A DNA stretch of 64,000 nt from the human T2T-CHM13v2.0 reference genome, Homo sapiens. Shown here piece after piece: positions 1 to 11,000 of the stretch. A program made the translations under genes and the position numbers. The notes under the pieces were generated by a model, which did not search any database, was not told the origin of the DNA, and was given only the letters and a program-made list of their open reading frames with translations. Position 1 is the stretch's first letter, and the number at the start of each line of letters is the position of its first letter. The stretch lies in the NCBI RefSeq assembly GCF_009914755.1, contig NC_060930.1; one strand, given 5' to 3'.

Positions 1-371
1 AAAGTAAACCTGGGAGGCCAAGCAGAACCTGGATCTTCCCAAAGTTATTCTCCAAGCATCACGGGCAACTCTCATCCCTGGCAGGTAACAGCCATGTGGA
101 TCACTGGAAAAAGCTATTTGGCTTTGGAGAGCACATGTGTGCATTTGGATTGTATCTTTTAAAATTTATTTTACTTAGGCTATATTAATATTAATGTGTA
201 GTCCCCTAATTCATATCACTATCAGTAGCTAGAAAGATTGTAGATGATTTGAATGAATTTCTAGGCAGTGATTTTTCTATATATATTTGCCATTTGAATT
301 TCTGTGAAGTGTTATAATTGAATCCTTTGAACATTTTGAAAGTATTTTTCATCTTGATTTAAGAAATTATA

Positions 372-682
372 GGCTGGATGCAGTGTCTCACGCCTGTAAT
401 CCCAGCACATTAGGAGGCCAAGTCAAGAGGATTGCTTAAGTTCAAGAGTTTGAGGCCAGCCTGGGCAACACGGTGAGACCTTCTATCAAAAAAAAACAAG
501 CAAAAAAAAATTATTCAGGTGTGGTGGCACATACCTGTGGTCCCAGCTGCTCCGGAGGCTGAGGTGGGAGCTTGCTTGAGCCCAGAAGATACAGGATGTA
601 GTGAGCCATGATTGTGCCACTGCATCCAGCCTGGGTGACAGAGTGAGACCCTGTCTCATTAAAAAAAAAAAAAAAAAAAAAA
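372..682 (+). mobile_element. Alu SINE, AluJ-like
   Basis: GGCTGGATGCAGTG start, two arms with A-rich linker, J-type GCTTGAGCCCAG and GAGCCATGATTG, poly(A) 661-682. Confidence 0.93.
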
Positions 683-793
683 GATAAACGTAGTACATGC
701 TATGGTAAAAAATTCGAACAGTATAGAGGCCGTTGAATGAAAACTAATTCACCTCCCACTTGCCACTCCCGAGTTGTAGCCATTGTTAGCAAA

Positions 794-1105
794 TTTTTTT
801 TTTTTTTTTTGAGACAAAAGTCTCGAACTGTCGCTCAGGCTGGAGTGCAATGGCGTGATCTTGGCTCACTGCAATCTCTGCCTCCCGAGTTCAAGCGATT
901 CTCCTGCCTCAGCTCCCAAGTAGTTGGGATTACAGGTGCCCGCCACCATGCCTGGCTAGTTTTTTTTTTTTTTTTTTTTGTATTTTTAGTAGAGACAGGG
1001 TTTCACTGTGTTGGCCAGGCTGGTCTCGAACTCCTGACCTCGTGATCTTCCTACCTCGGCTTCCCAAAGTGCTAGGATCACAGGCATGAGCCACCGCGCC
1101 TGGCT
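794..1105 (-). mobile_element. Alu SINE, AluS (Sg-like)
   Basis: Poly(T) then reverse Alu; TSD CATTGTTAGCAA at 781-792 and 1106-1117. Confidence 0.95.
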
Positions 1106-1129
1106 CATTGTTAGCAATTTTATGGCATC

Positions 1130-1590
1130 CTTCCAGAATTGTATCTATGTGGGTGTACGGGTGCTCGTTAATCCTGTTGCCGTTTGCTCTTATCCAATTC
1201 TGTATGCTCCTTAGTTCCAGAAACAGGCATGTGATGTCCTTATGCATCTGCTCTGCCTAGTTAGATGCTGTCATCCCTACCCAAGATGTGGATAAAAGCA
1301 TGTGTGTATATTTTACACAAGTGAGATCCTACTACATATACTGTTCTGTACTCTGTTTTTTGTCAACTAATCACGTATCGTGGACATTTTTTCATATCAG
1401 CACATATAGAACCCCTCTCCCTTTTTAAGAGCTGCTTAGCATTCTGTAATATGGATGGACCCTAATTTACTCAGCCAGGATGGACTTTTGGGTTTCCAGT
1501 TTTTAGCTGTTATTAACTAGGCTGCAGTAAACAATCTTGGACATAGAGTTTGGCACATAGTGTGCCTTTGTTTGTAGGATCATATCAGAT
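1130..1590 (-). mobile_element. Old L1 (L1ME-like) 3' end fragment; likely continuation near 2250-2380
   Basis: Resembles antisense L1ME 3'UTR (TTCATATCAGCACATATAGA, TTTCCAGTTTTTAGCTGTTATTAAC, GGAATTGCTGGGTCA); boundaries approximate. Confidence 0.6.
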
Positions 1591-2200
1591 GGCTTTCAGC
1601 TGCAAGTTATAGAAAATGATGACTTACATTGGCTGATATGATACATAAATCTATTATCTCCGTAAAGGCGAAGAAGGCCAGGCATGGTGGCTCACGCCTG
1701 TAATCCCAGCACTTTGGGAGGCCGAGGCGGGCGGATCACGCTAATGTGGTGAAACCCCGTCTCTACTAAAAATACAAAAAATTAGCCGGGCGTGGTTGCG
1801 GGTGCCTGTAGTCCCAGGTATTCAGGAGGCTGAGGCAGGAGAATGGCCTGAACCCAGGAGGCGGAGCTTGCAGTGACCTGTGATTGTGCCACTGCACTCC
1901 AGCCTGGGCGACAGAGCGAGAGTCCATCTCAAAAAAAAAAAAAAAAAGACGAAGAAGCCCAGGGTCAGGCCGACTGCAGGACGTGTTGGTCCATCTGCTT
2001 AGCGATGTCTCGGGGCCCAGGCACTTTCCTCCTCTGCACTTACCCCACATGGTCCCAGGATGGCTGCACTGACTCCAGGGGACACATCCAGACCTGACAT
2101 CAGGAAAAGGTGAGGCCGTGGCTTCCCCTGGGTCCTTCTCAGAAGTGAGGAGGCCCTGTCCCACGCGTGTCTTATGGCCCATTCTCAAACCCATCAGAGG
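1590..2200 (-). mobile_element. Degenerate MLT1 (J/K-like) MaLR LTR split by the AluY at 1676
   Basis: TTTCAGCTGCAAGTTATAGAAAA and ATGGTCCCAGGATGGCTGCA motifs resemble antisense MLT1J/K. Confidence 0.4.
1676..1947 (+). mobile_element. AluY with internal ~26 nt deletion
   Basis: Y-type GAGAATGGC and GGAGCTTGCAG; GGATCACG joined directly to CTAATGTGGTG; TSD AAAGGCGAAGAA/AAAGACGAAGAA. Confidence 0.93.
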
Positions 2201-3159
2201 TCAGGGTGGAGTGTGTGTTAGAGGTCAGTTTTTACACTTGGTAAAACGATGAAGTCATGCAAATGGAATTGCTGGGTCAGCGATTTTAAAGCTACATTAA
2301 AAGTTTTGCAGAATATTCCCAAATTGACTTATGAAGATATGGAACCAATTTATACTCCTACAGGCATGAACGAGGGTTAAGCAGTTCGAGAAGTGGGCTA
2401 TAAAGCTGAGTGTGTTGCACTTTGCTTTCTAGAGGATGTATGGAACAGGACATGTTTTTATTTGACTGTTCATTATCAGAGGCCTGTGCCCTTTATCTAG
2501 GAAGGATGTCCAAAGCAGTGGGGAAAAATGATAGGTTTAATAAAACGTAGGCCTGGAAACATGGCTTGTTCATATTTTGGGAACACAGAGAGGCCTTTAA
2601 ATGATTAAATTGCTTCAAGACTTCGAGTGTGCCGTTTTCCTACACAATGAAATACAGATAGCTATGTTCTACCCTCCTCAACCCATTCCCCATCTCTCAG
2701 CAAATACCCAGTTCAGTATTCCAGAAACATTTTAGTGAGTGAATGTAGCGCCAAACTTCTTCAAATAGACCCATCTCCAAATCATCCACCAGGTGTATGT
2801 TTCCTTGTTAGTCAGAGCCCCACACATATGTCCAAGATAAGGCTATTTAAAGACAGAGTTACTAAGCTGGGTAGAAAGCACTCAGGGAACTTTTAGCAAT
2901 TCAGTTATTATATTGGACTGCTGAAGAATTGTACTGGACGATTGCACTATAAGATGCTAGGAGGTCATATATAGTGTAGTCCTTGTGATACAATTCAAAT
3001 GCACTTGCAGGTTTAGGGCCATTTGTGGAGCAGCAGGCTTGGAATAGGACTGGGGAATTCAACCATTTTTCTCCTCTAGGGACTGTGGGATCCCCATGTC
3101 GGCGGAAATGAGTTTTCATTTCCTGCTGTCTTTCTCCTGAGGTTGTCCCTCCAGTCTTT

Positions 3160-4060
3160 GGCTGTGATGATAGTGTGGTACATTTGTTACAATCGATCAA
3201 CCTATATTGATTCATGATTATTAACTAAAGTCTACAGTTTAGGGTTTACTCTTTGTGTTGTATATTCTATGGATTTATGTCATGCCTAATGTCATGTGCC
3301 CATCATTACAGTTTCATACAAAATAGTTTTTTCATATCAAAAAGGCTATTTTGTATGATACTGTATCAAACAAAAAAGCCTTCTAAATTCCCTGTATGGT
3401 ACAGTATCATACAAAATAGCCTTGTAAATTCCCCATACACCCTCCCCATCCTCTGCCCGAAGTCTGGCAACCACTAGTCTTTTTACTGTTTCTATAGTTT
3501 TGTCTTTTCCCGACTGTCGTAGAGTTGGGATCATGCAAGATGTTGCCTTTTCATTTGGCTTCTTTCACTTAACCATGTGCATCCAAGGTTCCTTTGTATC
3601 TTTTTGTGGCTTGATAGCTCATTTCTTTGTATTGCTGAGTAATATTCCATTGTATGGATATACCACCATTTGTTTTTCTATACCTAACGAAGGACATCTT
3701 GGTTGCTTACAATTTTTGGCAATTATGAATGAAGTTTCCATAAACATTCCTGGGTAGGTTTGTGTGTGGACATAAGTTTTCAGGGGACGTGATTGCTGGA
3801 TATATGGTAAGACTGTGTTTAGCTGTGTAGGAAACCACTACATTGTGTTCTAAAGTGGCTACACCATTTTTCATTTCCATAGGCAGTGAATGAGAGTTCC
3901 TGCTGCTCCACATCCTTGTCAGCATTTGGTGTTGTCAGTGTTGTGGATTTTAGCCATGCTAGTAAATGTGTAGTAGTATCTTACTGTTGTTTTAATTTGC
4001 AATTTCCTAATGACGTGAGACATGGAGCATCTTTTCATGTGCTTATTTGCCATCTCCCCA
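3160..4060 (-). mobile_element. Old L1 (L1MC/L1MD-like) 3' end
   Basis: ATTTGTTACAATCGAT...AAAGTCTACAGTTT...GGCAACCACT...TTAATTTGCAATTTCCTAATGAC; antisense L1 3'UTR and ORF2 end. Confidence 0.8.
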
Positions 4061-4112
4061 GGTTATTTTAAGGTCTCTAGCATGGAATGAAAACCCTCAC
4101 AGTGGGAAAGCA

Positions 4113-4581
4113 GAATCGAGGCACTGATGAGAGAGAAGGTATAGTCATTGAAGGGGTGGGCTGAATCAAGGCACTGATGAGAGGAGAGAAGGTATAGTCA
4201 TTGAAGGGGTGGGCTGAATCGAGGCACTGATGAGAGGAGAGAAGGTATAGTCATTGAAGGGGTGGGCTGAATCAAGGCACTGATGAGAGGAGAGAAGGTA
4301 TAGTCATTGAAGGGGTGGGCTGAGTCAAGGCACTGATGAGAGGAGAGAAGGTATAGGCATTGAAGGGGTGGGCTGAATCAAGGCACTGATGAAGGAGAGA
4401 AGGTATAGTCATTGAAGGGGTGGGCTGAATCGAGGCACTAATGAAGGAGAGGAGGTATAGTCACTGAAGGGGTGGGCTGAATCGAGGCACTAATGAAGGA
4501 GAGGAGGTGTAGTCATTGAAGTGGTGGGCTGAATTGAGGCACTGATGAAGGAGAGGAGGTGTAGTCATTGAAGTGGTGGGC
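4113..4581. repeat. Minisatellite (VNTR), 9 units of 50-53 bp
   Basis: Unit GAATC(A/G)AGGCACTGATGAGAGGAGAGAAGGTATAGTCATTGAAGGGGTGGGCT starting at 4113, 4163, 4216, 4269, 4322, 4375, 4427, 4479, 4531. Confidence 0.97.
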
Positions 4582-4789
4582 CATTACCAGTGTGACTGAG
4601 TGGCCTCGGTCAGCTTTGAGCACATTTCAGTAATGACTTCCCTTCCTTCACTCTATAGAAGTAGGTTGCTCTCTACGAGCATAGGTCAGAACTTGGTCAC
4701 ATTTCAGCCTAGTAGGAGCGAATGACTCAGAAAGAGAGACAACATCAAGGACGGATGGGAGCCACTGCTTGAATGGAGAGATGTGCTGT

Positions 4790-5010
4790 TAGGTGTCTGC
4801 AGTGGCCTTGTTGGTTGCCTATCCACTAAACATTGCGCTCCTCTTCCTTGGCAACAGAGCCCTGTGCGGTAGGCCTCAGGAGCAGCCGTCCTGATCTTCA
4901 GCTCAGGGGAGGGCCTGAGGTCTCAGATGACCCCACCTCATCTGAGTTAAGCTAGCTTCAGTTAGGTTTTCTGATGCTTTGCAGCAGAACACATCTGAAC
5001 TAACGTAATA
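4790..5010 (+). mobile_element. Degenerate MLT1-like LTR fragment
   Basis: CTCTTCCTTGGCAACAGAGCCC and TTAAGCTAGCTTCAGTTAGGTTTTCTG resemble old MLT1 termini. Confidence 0.35.
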
Positions 5011-5195
5011 CCTTTTTTAGTAAGGCACTTCAGTTTATTTTTTTTTGTAGCAAATCCTCAGTGTTACTAAAAAAGGGCACTGTAAATAAAGATGGGTGTT
5101 ATTATGACCGCAGAGCCCAGAATTGATATCAAGTAGACTTTATACCAAGAGCTTGGAGTCTAAAAGTTTTCCATAAGTCAAGATAGAAGCAAACT

Positions 5196-5494
5196 GCCTG
5201 GGCGCGGTGGCTCACGCTTGTAATCCCAGCACTTTGGGAGGCCGAGGCAGGTGGATCACGAGGTCAGGAGATCGAGACCACGGTGAAACCACGTCTCTAC
5301 TAAAAATATTAAAAAAAAAATTTGCTGGGTGTGGTGGCGGTCGCCTGTAGTCCCAGCTATTCGGAGGGGCTGAGGCAGGACAATGGCATGAACCCGGGAG
5401 GCGGAGCTTGCAGTGAGCTGAGATCGTGCCACTGCACTCCATCCTGGGCTACAGAGCCAGACTCCGTCTCAAAAAAAAAAAAAAAAAAAAAAAA
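5196..5494 (+). mobile_element. AluY of the 12-bp-deletion lineage (AluYc3/Yd-like)
   Basis: GAGACCACGGTGAAACC (12 nt deletion), CTCACGCTTGTAATC, extra base in TCGGAGGGGCTGAGG; TSD AAGATAGAAGCAAACT/AAGATAAAAGCAAACT. Confidence 0.9.
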
Positions 5495-5589
5495 GATAAA
5501 AGCAAACTGCTCAGTGTACTGTGCTTTGAGAGCCTTAATGGAAAAGCACTAAAAGAATAGTAACAACTAACATTTGGATTGTGTGTTTC

Positions 5590-5884
5590 TTTTTTCTTTT
5601 TTGAGACAGAGTCTTGCTCTGTCGCCCAGGCTGGAATGCAGTGGCACAATCCCGGCTCACAGCAACCTCCGCCTCCTGCGTTCAAGCAATTCTCCTGCCT
5701 CAGCCTCCTAAGTAGCTGGGATTATAGCCACCCACCATGACGCCCGGCTAATTTTTGTGTTTTTAGTAGAGACGGGGTTTCACCATGTTGGTCAGGCTGG
5801 TCTGGAACTCCTGAGCTCAGGTGATCCACCCGCCTTGGCCTCCCAAAGTGCTGGGATTACAGGTGTGAGCCACCGCGCCCGGCC
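5590..5884 (-). mobile_element. Alu SINE, AluSx-like
   Basis: Full-length reverse Alu; perfect 15 bp TSD TGGATTGTGTGTTTC (5575-5589, 5885-5899). Confidence 0.95.
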
Positions 5885-7754
5885 TGGATTGTGTGTTTCA
5901 CATAATTATTTCATCTGAAGATGCATTCATTCACTCAGCATGTATTGAACTCGTTCTAGGCTTCAAGAGCCTCATAACGATTCTGAGGGGCAGGCGATTT
6001 AGCTCCACTTAGCAGGTAAGAAACTGATGAGGTGAGGAAACTCGAACCCACGTACCTGGGTCTCAGTTGAGAGCCCTTTCCAACCGGCTGGACTGTAGCT
6101 TTCCCCAGCCCCATCCAGAGCATTTCCAGGCATCTGGAGGCTCTTCTCTGGATAGTCTTAGGTTAGCTTTATTAATCAAGGGATAACAGTAACACAGAAA
6201 GGTGGATTGAGGGTGGGATGTCAGAAAACTCTCTGTGTTAAGATAGATGTGGACATTGGTGCAAGGGTTGCTGTCAGAGAAACAATGCAAATTGTATTTT
6301 TTTTTTCTCTGCCAGATGTTTCCCATACATGTTCAATGAATGTTCCAGATTTTAAAAAATTCCATCTCCATTTCTGGATTCTGTACTTCCATCCCACACA
6401 TCCCAGATTTAAAGGAATAGAAGGGACCCGTTCGCTATTATGAAGCTAAACTCAGCAGCCTCTAGTGGAGCGTTACCCCGGGAAGCAATCAGCTCTGATA
6501 GGACAGTGGGAAGACCATCAGTGGCAGGTTACTGGTTTTCATAGAACCCGAGGTAACTGAAAGCTTCTCATGGGCACTTGCTATGTGGCAGACTCTACAC
6601 TCTGTTTTCATTTAATGATTTTTAAAGATGCCCCATGTTTTAAGGTTTCTACTCTCCATGATCAGGACGGGCACGGTAAGCCCTCTCTGTGATAACCAGG
6701 AGGAGGAAGAGATAGTACAGTAATAGCATGCCCAAGGCATTTGTATCGACCCCTTCTGTGCTTTTTATATTTTTAAATTTTGTACCTTTTTATTCTGTAT
6801 TTTATATACTTCTTTGCAAAACAGAGTGGCTCTTCCCACAATCTGTCCCGATGGCCTTTTGGGTCAAGGAGCACAGATCTGTGTAGTTATAGGAAAAGCA
6901 GCTGAAATGTGTGTGCTTTACTAACTTTACTTCCCCTCTTTTTAAAAAGCAGTTCATTTACTCTTTCTCATGCATTCTACTTTTCAGTCGATAAGGAAAA
7001 TGTTTTCCAGGCCAAACAAACTAGACTGAGATCATATGCTTGTCAGGAGACACAAACCTTCCCTCAAGGCAGCTGGCACTTGAATGGGTAAAAGTTATTG
7101 TTGTTGATATTCCTTAGCTTAATAAGGTCCCCAAAGTGGCATTGACTTTGAGTTCTACTGACTTTTCATGTGACTTTAGGCCTTAATTTTCCCACCTCAA
7201 AAATGGGATGAATGAAGCCCCACTGGCCGGATAGTCACAGCTGAAGGAACTGACACAGATATTGTAAGTTTTAGGGACCTTTTAATTTTAAATGTAGGAG
7301 GACTCTTGAAAATCCTTTTCCTTTTATTTGGAATTTGTGATTATTCATATGGTGCGGCAGGGTGCTGGGAAGACCTAGACTTTTTTTTCTTAGTGCAAAT
7401 GAGGTATAATAACATTATCCCTAGGGAAGCAGATGAAAGTAATAAGCAGGATTATATTTTTAAAATTTCATAAATAAAGTTCCCCTTTTATTTAATCCAA
7501 ATTGGTGAGGGTTTACTAAGCATTGCGGGATTTTCCAGGTATGAATTTTCGGCATGTATAACACTGAGATTGGGTATTCTGACCTCCAAATATTATAGTC
7601 TGAAGAGACTTGAAAACATCCACTTGTTAGATCTGAAGTTGTTTGACATAAGACGGTGGCAAAATCTCTGTTTTGTAAGCAAGGAGAATGCATCCCAACC
7701 TACAGGCTAATCCTTGAGAAATGTGGCTTCCAACTTGCTGAGCCGATTTAAACT

Positions 7755-7902
7755 CTCACCACTCCAGGTGCCATCTGTGGATTTGGAGGATGGCATCGTG
7801 TAGGAGCTCATTGGAAAAGCAGAATCTCAGGTTCCACCCCAGACCTGCAGACTCTGACCCCCCAGGCGATTCGTGTGCAATATGAGGTTTCAGAGCACAC
7901 TG
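7755..7902. mobile_element. MER5A-like hAT-Charlie MITE
   Basis: AAGCAGAATCTCAGGTTCCACCCCAGACCT...CCCCAGGCGATTC motifs. Confidence 0.6.
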
Positions 7903-8714
7903 GTTCAGGCATCCATCAGCGCTTGTGTAGCTCCCAAACAAAGCCCAGCCTGGCAGGCGCTTGAGGTAAGCTGGGCCTCAACTTGTCCCATCCAAAGCTT
8001 CGGCTTATTTCACCTGAGTTTTAACAGATGCGTGCTTTGCATAACAGTCTGTTCGCACCCAAACCAAATACACTTCTTTTTCATATCAAACAACACATTC
8101 ACTGAAATGATTTCTGTAGATGTTTGAGAGGCAGCCACTGTGTGATATATTTAAACTCACTTTGTTCTGTCTGAAAAATGTGTTGAAAAGAATTCTGAAC
8201 AGAGGGGAAAAAAGGCAAACCTTAAAGGGATATTGCTGTGATAAAATGGTATGCCAGTGGTGGTGAGAAATTTTGTTTTGCCTTCAGGACTTATTTGTTT
8301 ATTAAAGAAGAGTGAAGGCAGTATGGAGATGTCAAGCCACAGCTCAAGTAAACGTTGAATCTGACGAGGTCAAACTCAAACACAATCACTGCCCTATTTT
8401 TTGGTGGTGCGATTTTGAATCAAAAGGGGGACTGACAGCACAGATAGGGAGAGAACAAGTGTCTTTCTGAGGCTTTCTGAGCTTGAAGCCGTCCTGTTCT
8501 CCAAAGCTCTAAGCGGAACACCTGATTAGCAGAGTCAGAGAGCAAACGTGGTGCTTCGCTTGGCTATGAACAAACAACTGGTTAAAAAGCCTTTCTGGAG
8601 GTTCTTGTGAAATCTGTCTGGGGGCCCAGAAACCCTGCCCCGAGCAGTGATTTTAGTAACATGGGGATAAGTTTGCAGGAGATTCGATTAATGATTAAAT
8701 GAACAAACCGGGAG

Positions 8715-10010
8715 TCCTGGTTTGACTTCTCTTTCTCACCTCCCCTATCCAATCAATCACAACGGCCTGGGAATTTCTCCATAGAAATATCTCTCAAATG
8801 TGCCCTTCACTGCGTCCCCAACCCCACCCCAGGCCCCAGAGTCAGCTGGGCCCAGCTTCTTCAGCAGGATCCCTGCCAGGTGTCCTAGGTCACCCGCCAG
8901 CCCGCCCACTCTCACTCTTCAGTCCATAGCCAGCCACACTGCAGCCAGAGGGAGCTTTTCATATAAACTCCAAAATCAAGAGTGTTCTGATGTTTAAGAC
9001 TCCCATTGTTATTTTTATTGGGGTTGCATTATGTTTATAGATTAATTTAGGAAGCATTGACATTGTCTTATTGTTGAATCTTCCTGTCCAGGAATGGACA
9101 TCAAGTTTTCTGCGTCCCTCAGGTTAATTTAAATTCTCTTCATAAGGATCTTGTACAACTCTTGTTTCATTTACTGTTAATTTCACCCTCTTGCTTCTAT
9201 TATAAATGGAGGCCTTTCCTTCTAATATCTCTTGAAACTGGTTATTGTTCATATACAAGCAAGTTATTGATTTCTACATATTAACTTGCTTCTACCACCC
9301 TACTGAATTCTCTTATGGTTTGAGTAGTTTCTTAATGGATTCTTTGGGGGTTTTTAGCTGTATAGGCATATCATATGCAAATAGTGAGAGCTGTACCTCT
9401 TTTTTCCTCATTTTTAAATCTCTAATTTCTTTCTCACCCAATTATGTTGGCCAGCTCCTCAAAGAACAATGATAGCGGACATTGTGTCTTGCTTTTCAAT
9501 AGTGAAATGCGACTAGTGTTCCCTTTCTAAATGCTGAATTTTGGTTGCGATATCTGCATTTTATCATGTTAGGAAATTATCCATCATTACTTCATTAACT
9601 AAGCATTTTTGAAGAGGGATCTTTTCAAAAGGCAGACTTGATCATGTCACTCTTCTGCTTCCTGGTGTTCTGAAGTAGAAACTAAAATTCTTGCCTGCAT
9701 CCCCAGCCCCTGGGCCATCCGGTCCCTGTTTCCCCTGCAGCCTCATCTGGCCAGATGCTGCATTTTGCTGCCTGGGCTCCAGCCACACCGGCTGTCTTGT
9801 AGCTTCTAGAACGTGCTGTGCCCCTGCCAACCTTAGAACCCTTGGACACCTGTTTCCTCTGTAATGCTTGCTGCTCTGCCCTCTGCCACCCCACAGGTCT
9901 TTGCCTAACCACCTCCTACTATCTTGCAGAGGTCATCTCAATAGGCACTTCCTCACAGAAGTCTCCTGATCCCCCAACCAGACTGGCTCCCCATCTAGTC
10001 CCCTGCATTC
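8715..10010 (+). mobile_element. L2 LINE fragment interrupted by an old L1 piece
   Basis: Pyrimidine-rich L2 motifs ATCCAATCAATCAC, GCAGCCAGAGGGAGCTTTT, GATCATGTCACTC, CTCCAGCCACAC either side of the L1 insert. Confidence 0.6.
9000..9615 (-). mobile_element. Old L1 (L1M) ORF2-region fragment
   Basis: TTATTGGGGTTGCATT...TATAGATTAATTTAGG...TTGATTTCTACATATTAAC; antisense L1 ORF2 pattern. Confidence 0.65.
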
Positions 10011-10029
10011 TACCTAGAGAGGCAGATGG

Positions 10030-11000
10030 GGTCAGAGTGTGAGGATCCTGGGGCAGTGAATCTGAGGCTGCCAGACCAGGGGTGGAAGGTCTAAAGGAGG
10101 CGGTCATGCTGCTCACGTTCAGATGTGAGAGCCTCCCGCAAGGTGGTGGTTCTGGGTTGGGCAGGAGGGATCTGGCACAAGGAACGTTATGGAGATGAGA
10201 GCTGCACAGCTTGACACTGAATGGATGCTGGGTGGGGAGGTGGGGAAGGGACAGCTAGGATGACCTAAGGACTCGACTTGGATGATTGGATGGTGTCATT
10301 CACTGAGATGGGGATTCCAAGAAGAGAGGCAATTTTAAGGGAAAAATCAATGAATTTGGTTTGGAACATTCAACAGTCATTTATGGAATGCCAATGGCAT
10401 GCCACATGCCGCATTAGGGTCTTAGGATCGAGGGTGACCCACAGAGCAGTTTGGCCCCCACTTCATGGAGCTGACTCGTTGAGTTTGAGGGGCCTACGGG
10501 GCACTCAGGGGGAGAAGCGCACCAGCTCGCAGGATGTGTGGGTCTGGCACCCAGAAGAGAGGGTAGCCTGGTGCTTGACACTGGGGAAGCCCTGGCTGTG
10601 GGTTTGGATGAGGAGAATCCTGGGAGAAGGTGGAAGAGCCGATCAGAAGGGGATGCTGGAGGAAAACAGCGGTCAGGTGTGTGGGAGGGAACAGAAAGGA
10701 TGGGGAGCTGGAAGCCGCACTAGGAGGGAGTCAGGCCACGGGAGAGGGGCCAGCGTGAGGTTCTACAGAGCTCAGGAGAGAAGCCGGGAAGCCGTCTCAC
10801 CTTTGGCCATTGGGAGGCCGTTCACCTCCATAAGAGCGTTTTCCGTGGAAACGGAGACTTCATTGTAGTGGGTTGAAGAGTGACAGCTGGGGCTGAGGGA
10901 CCAGGAAGTGGGCGCATCCATTGCAGACGGCCTTTCTATAAAAGGCAGCTGTAAGGGAAGGAGAACTTAAGATAGTGTCTGGAGGAGAAGGTAGGTGAGG
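10030..11000 (-). mobile_element. L2 LINE fragment (antisense)
   Basis: Purine-rich; GGATGGTGTCATTCACTGAGATGGGG...ATGAATTTGGTTTGGAACAT and TTGGCCATTGGGAGG motifs. Confidence 0.55.

Noticed and set aside
4113-4581. Tandem array as CRISPR-like
   Set aside because: Head-to-tail units with no unique spacers, eukaryotic context, no cas genes; it is a minisatellite
10278-10868. 196-aa ORF
   Set aside because: TTG start, lies within a G-rich antisense L2 remnant, no recognisable domain or splice context
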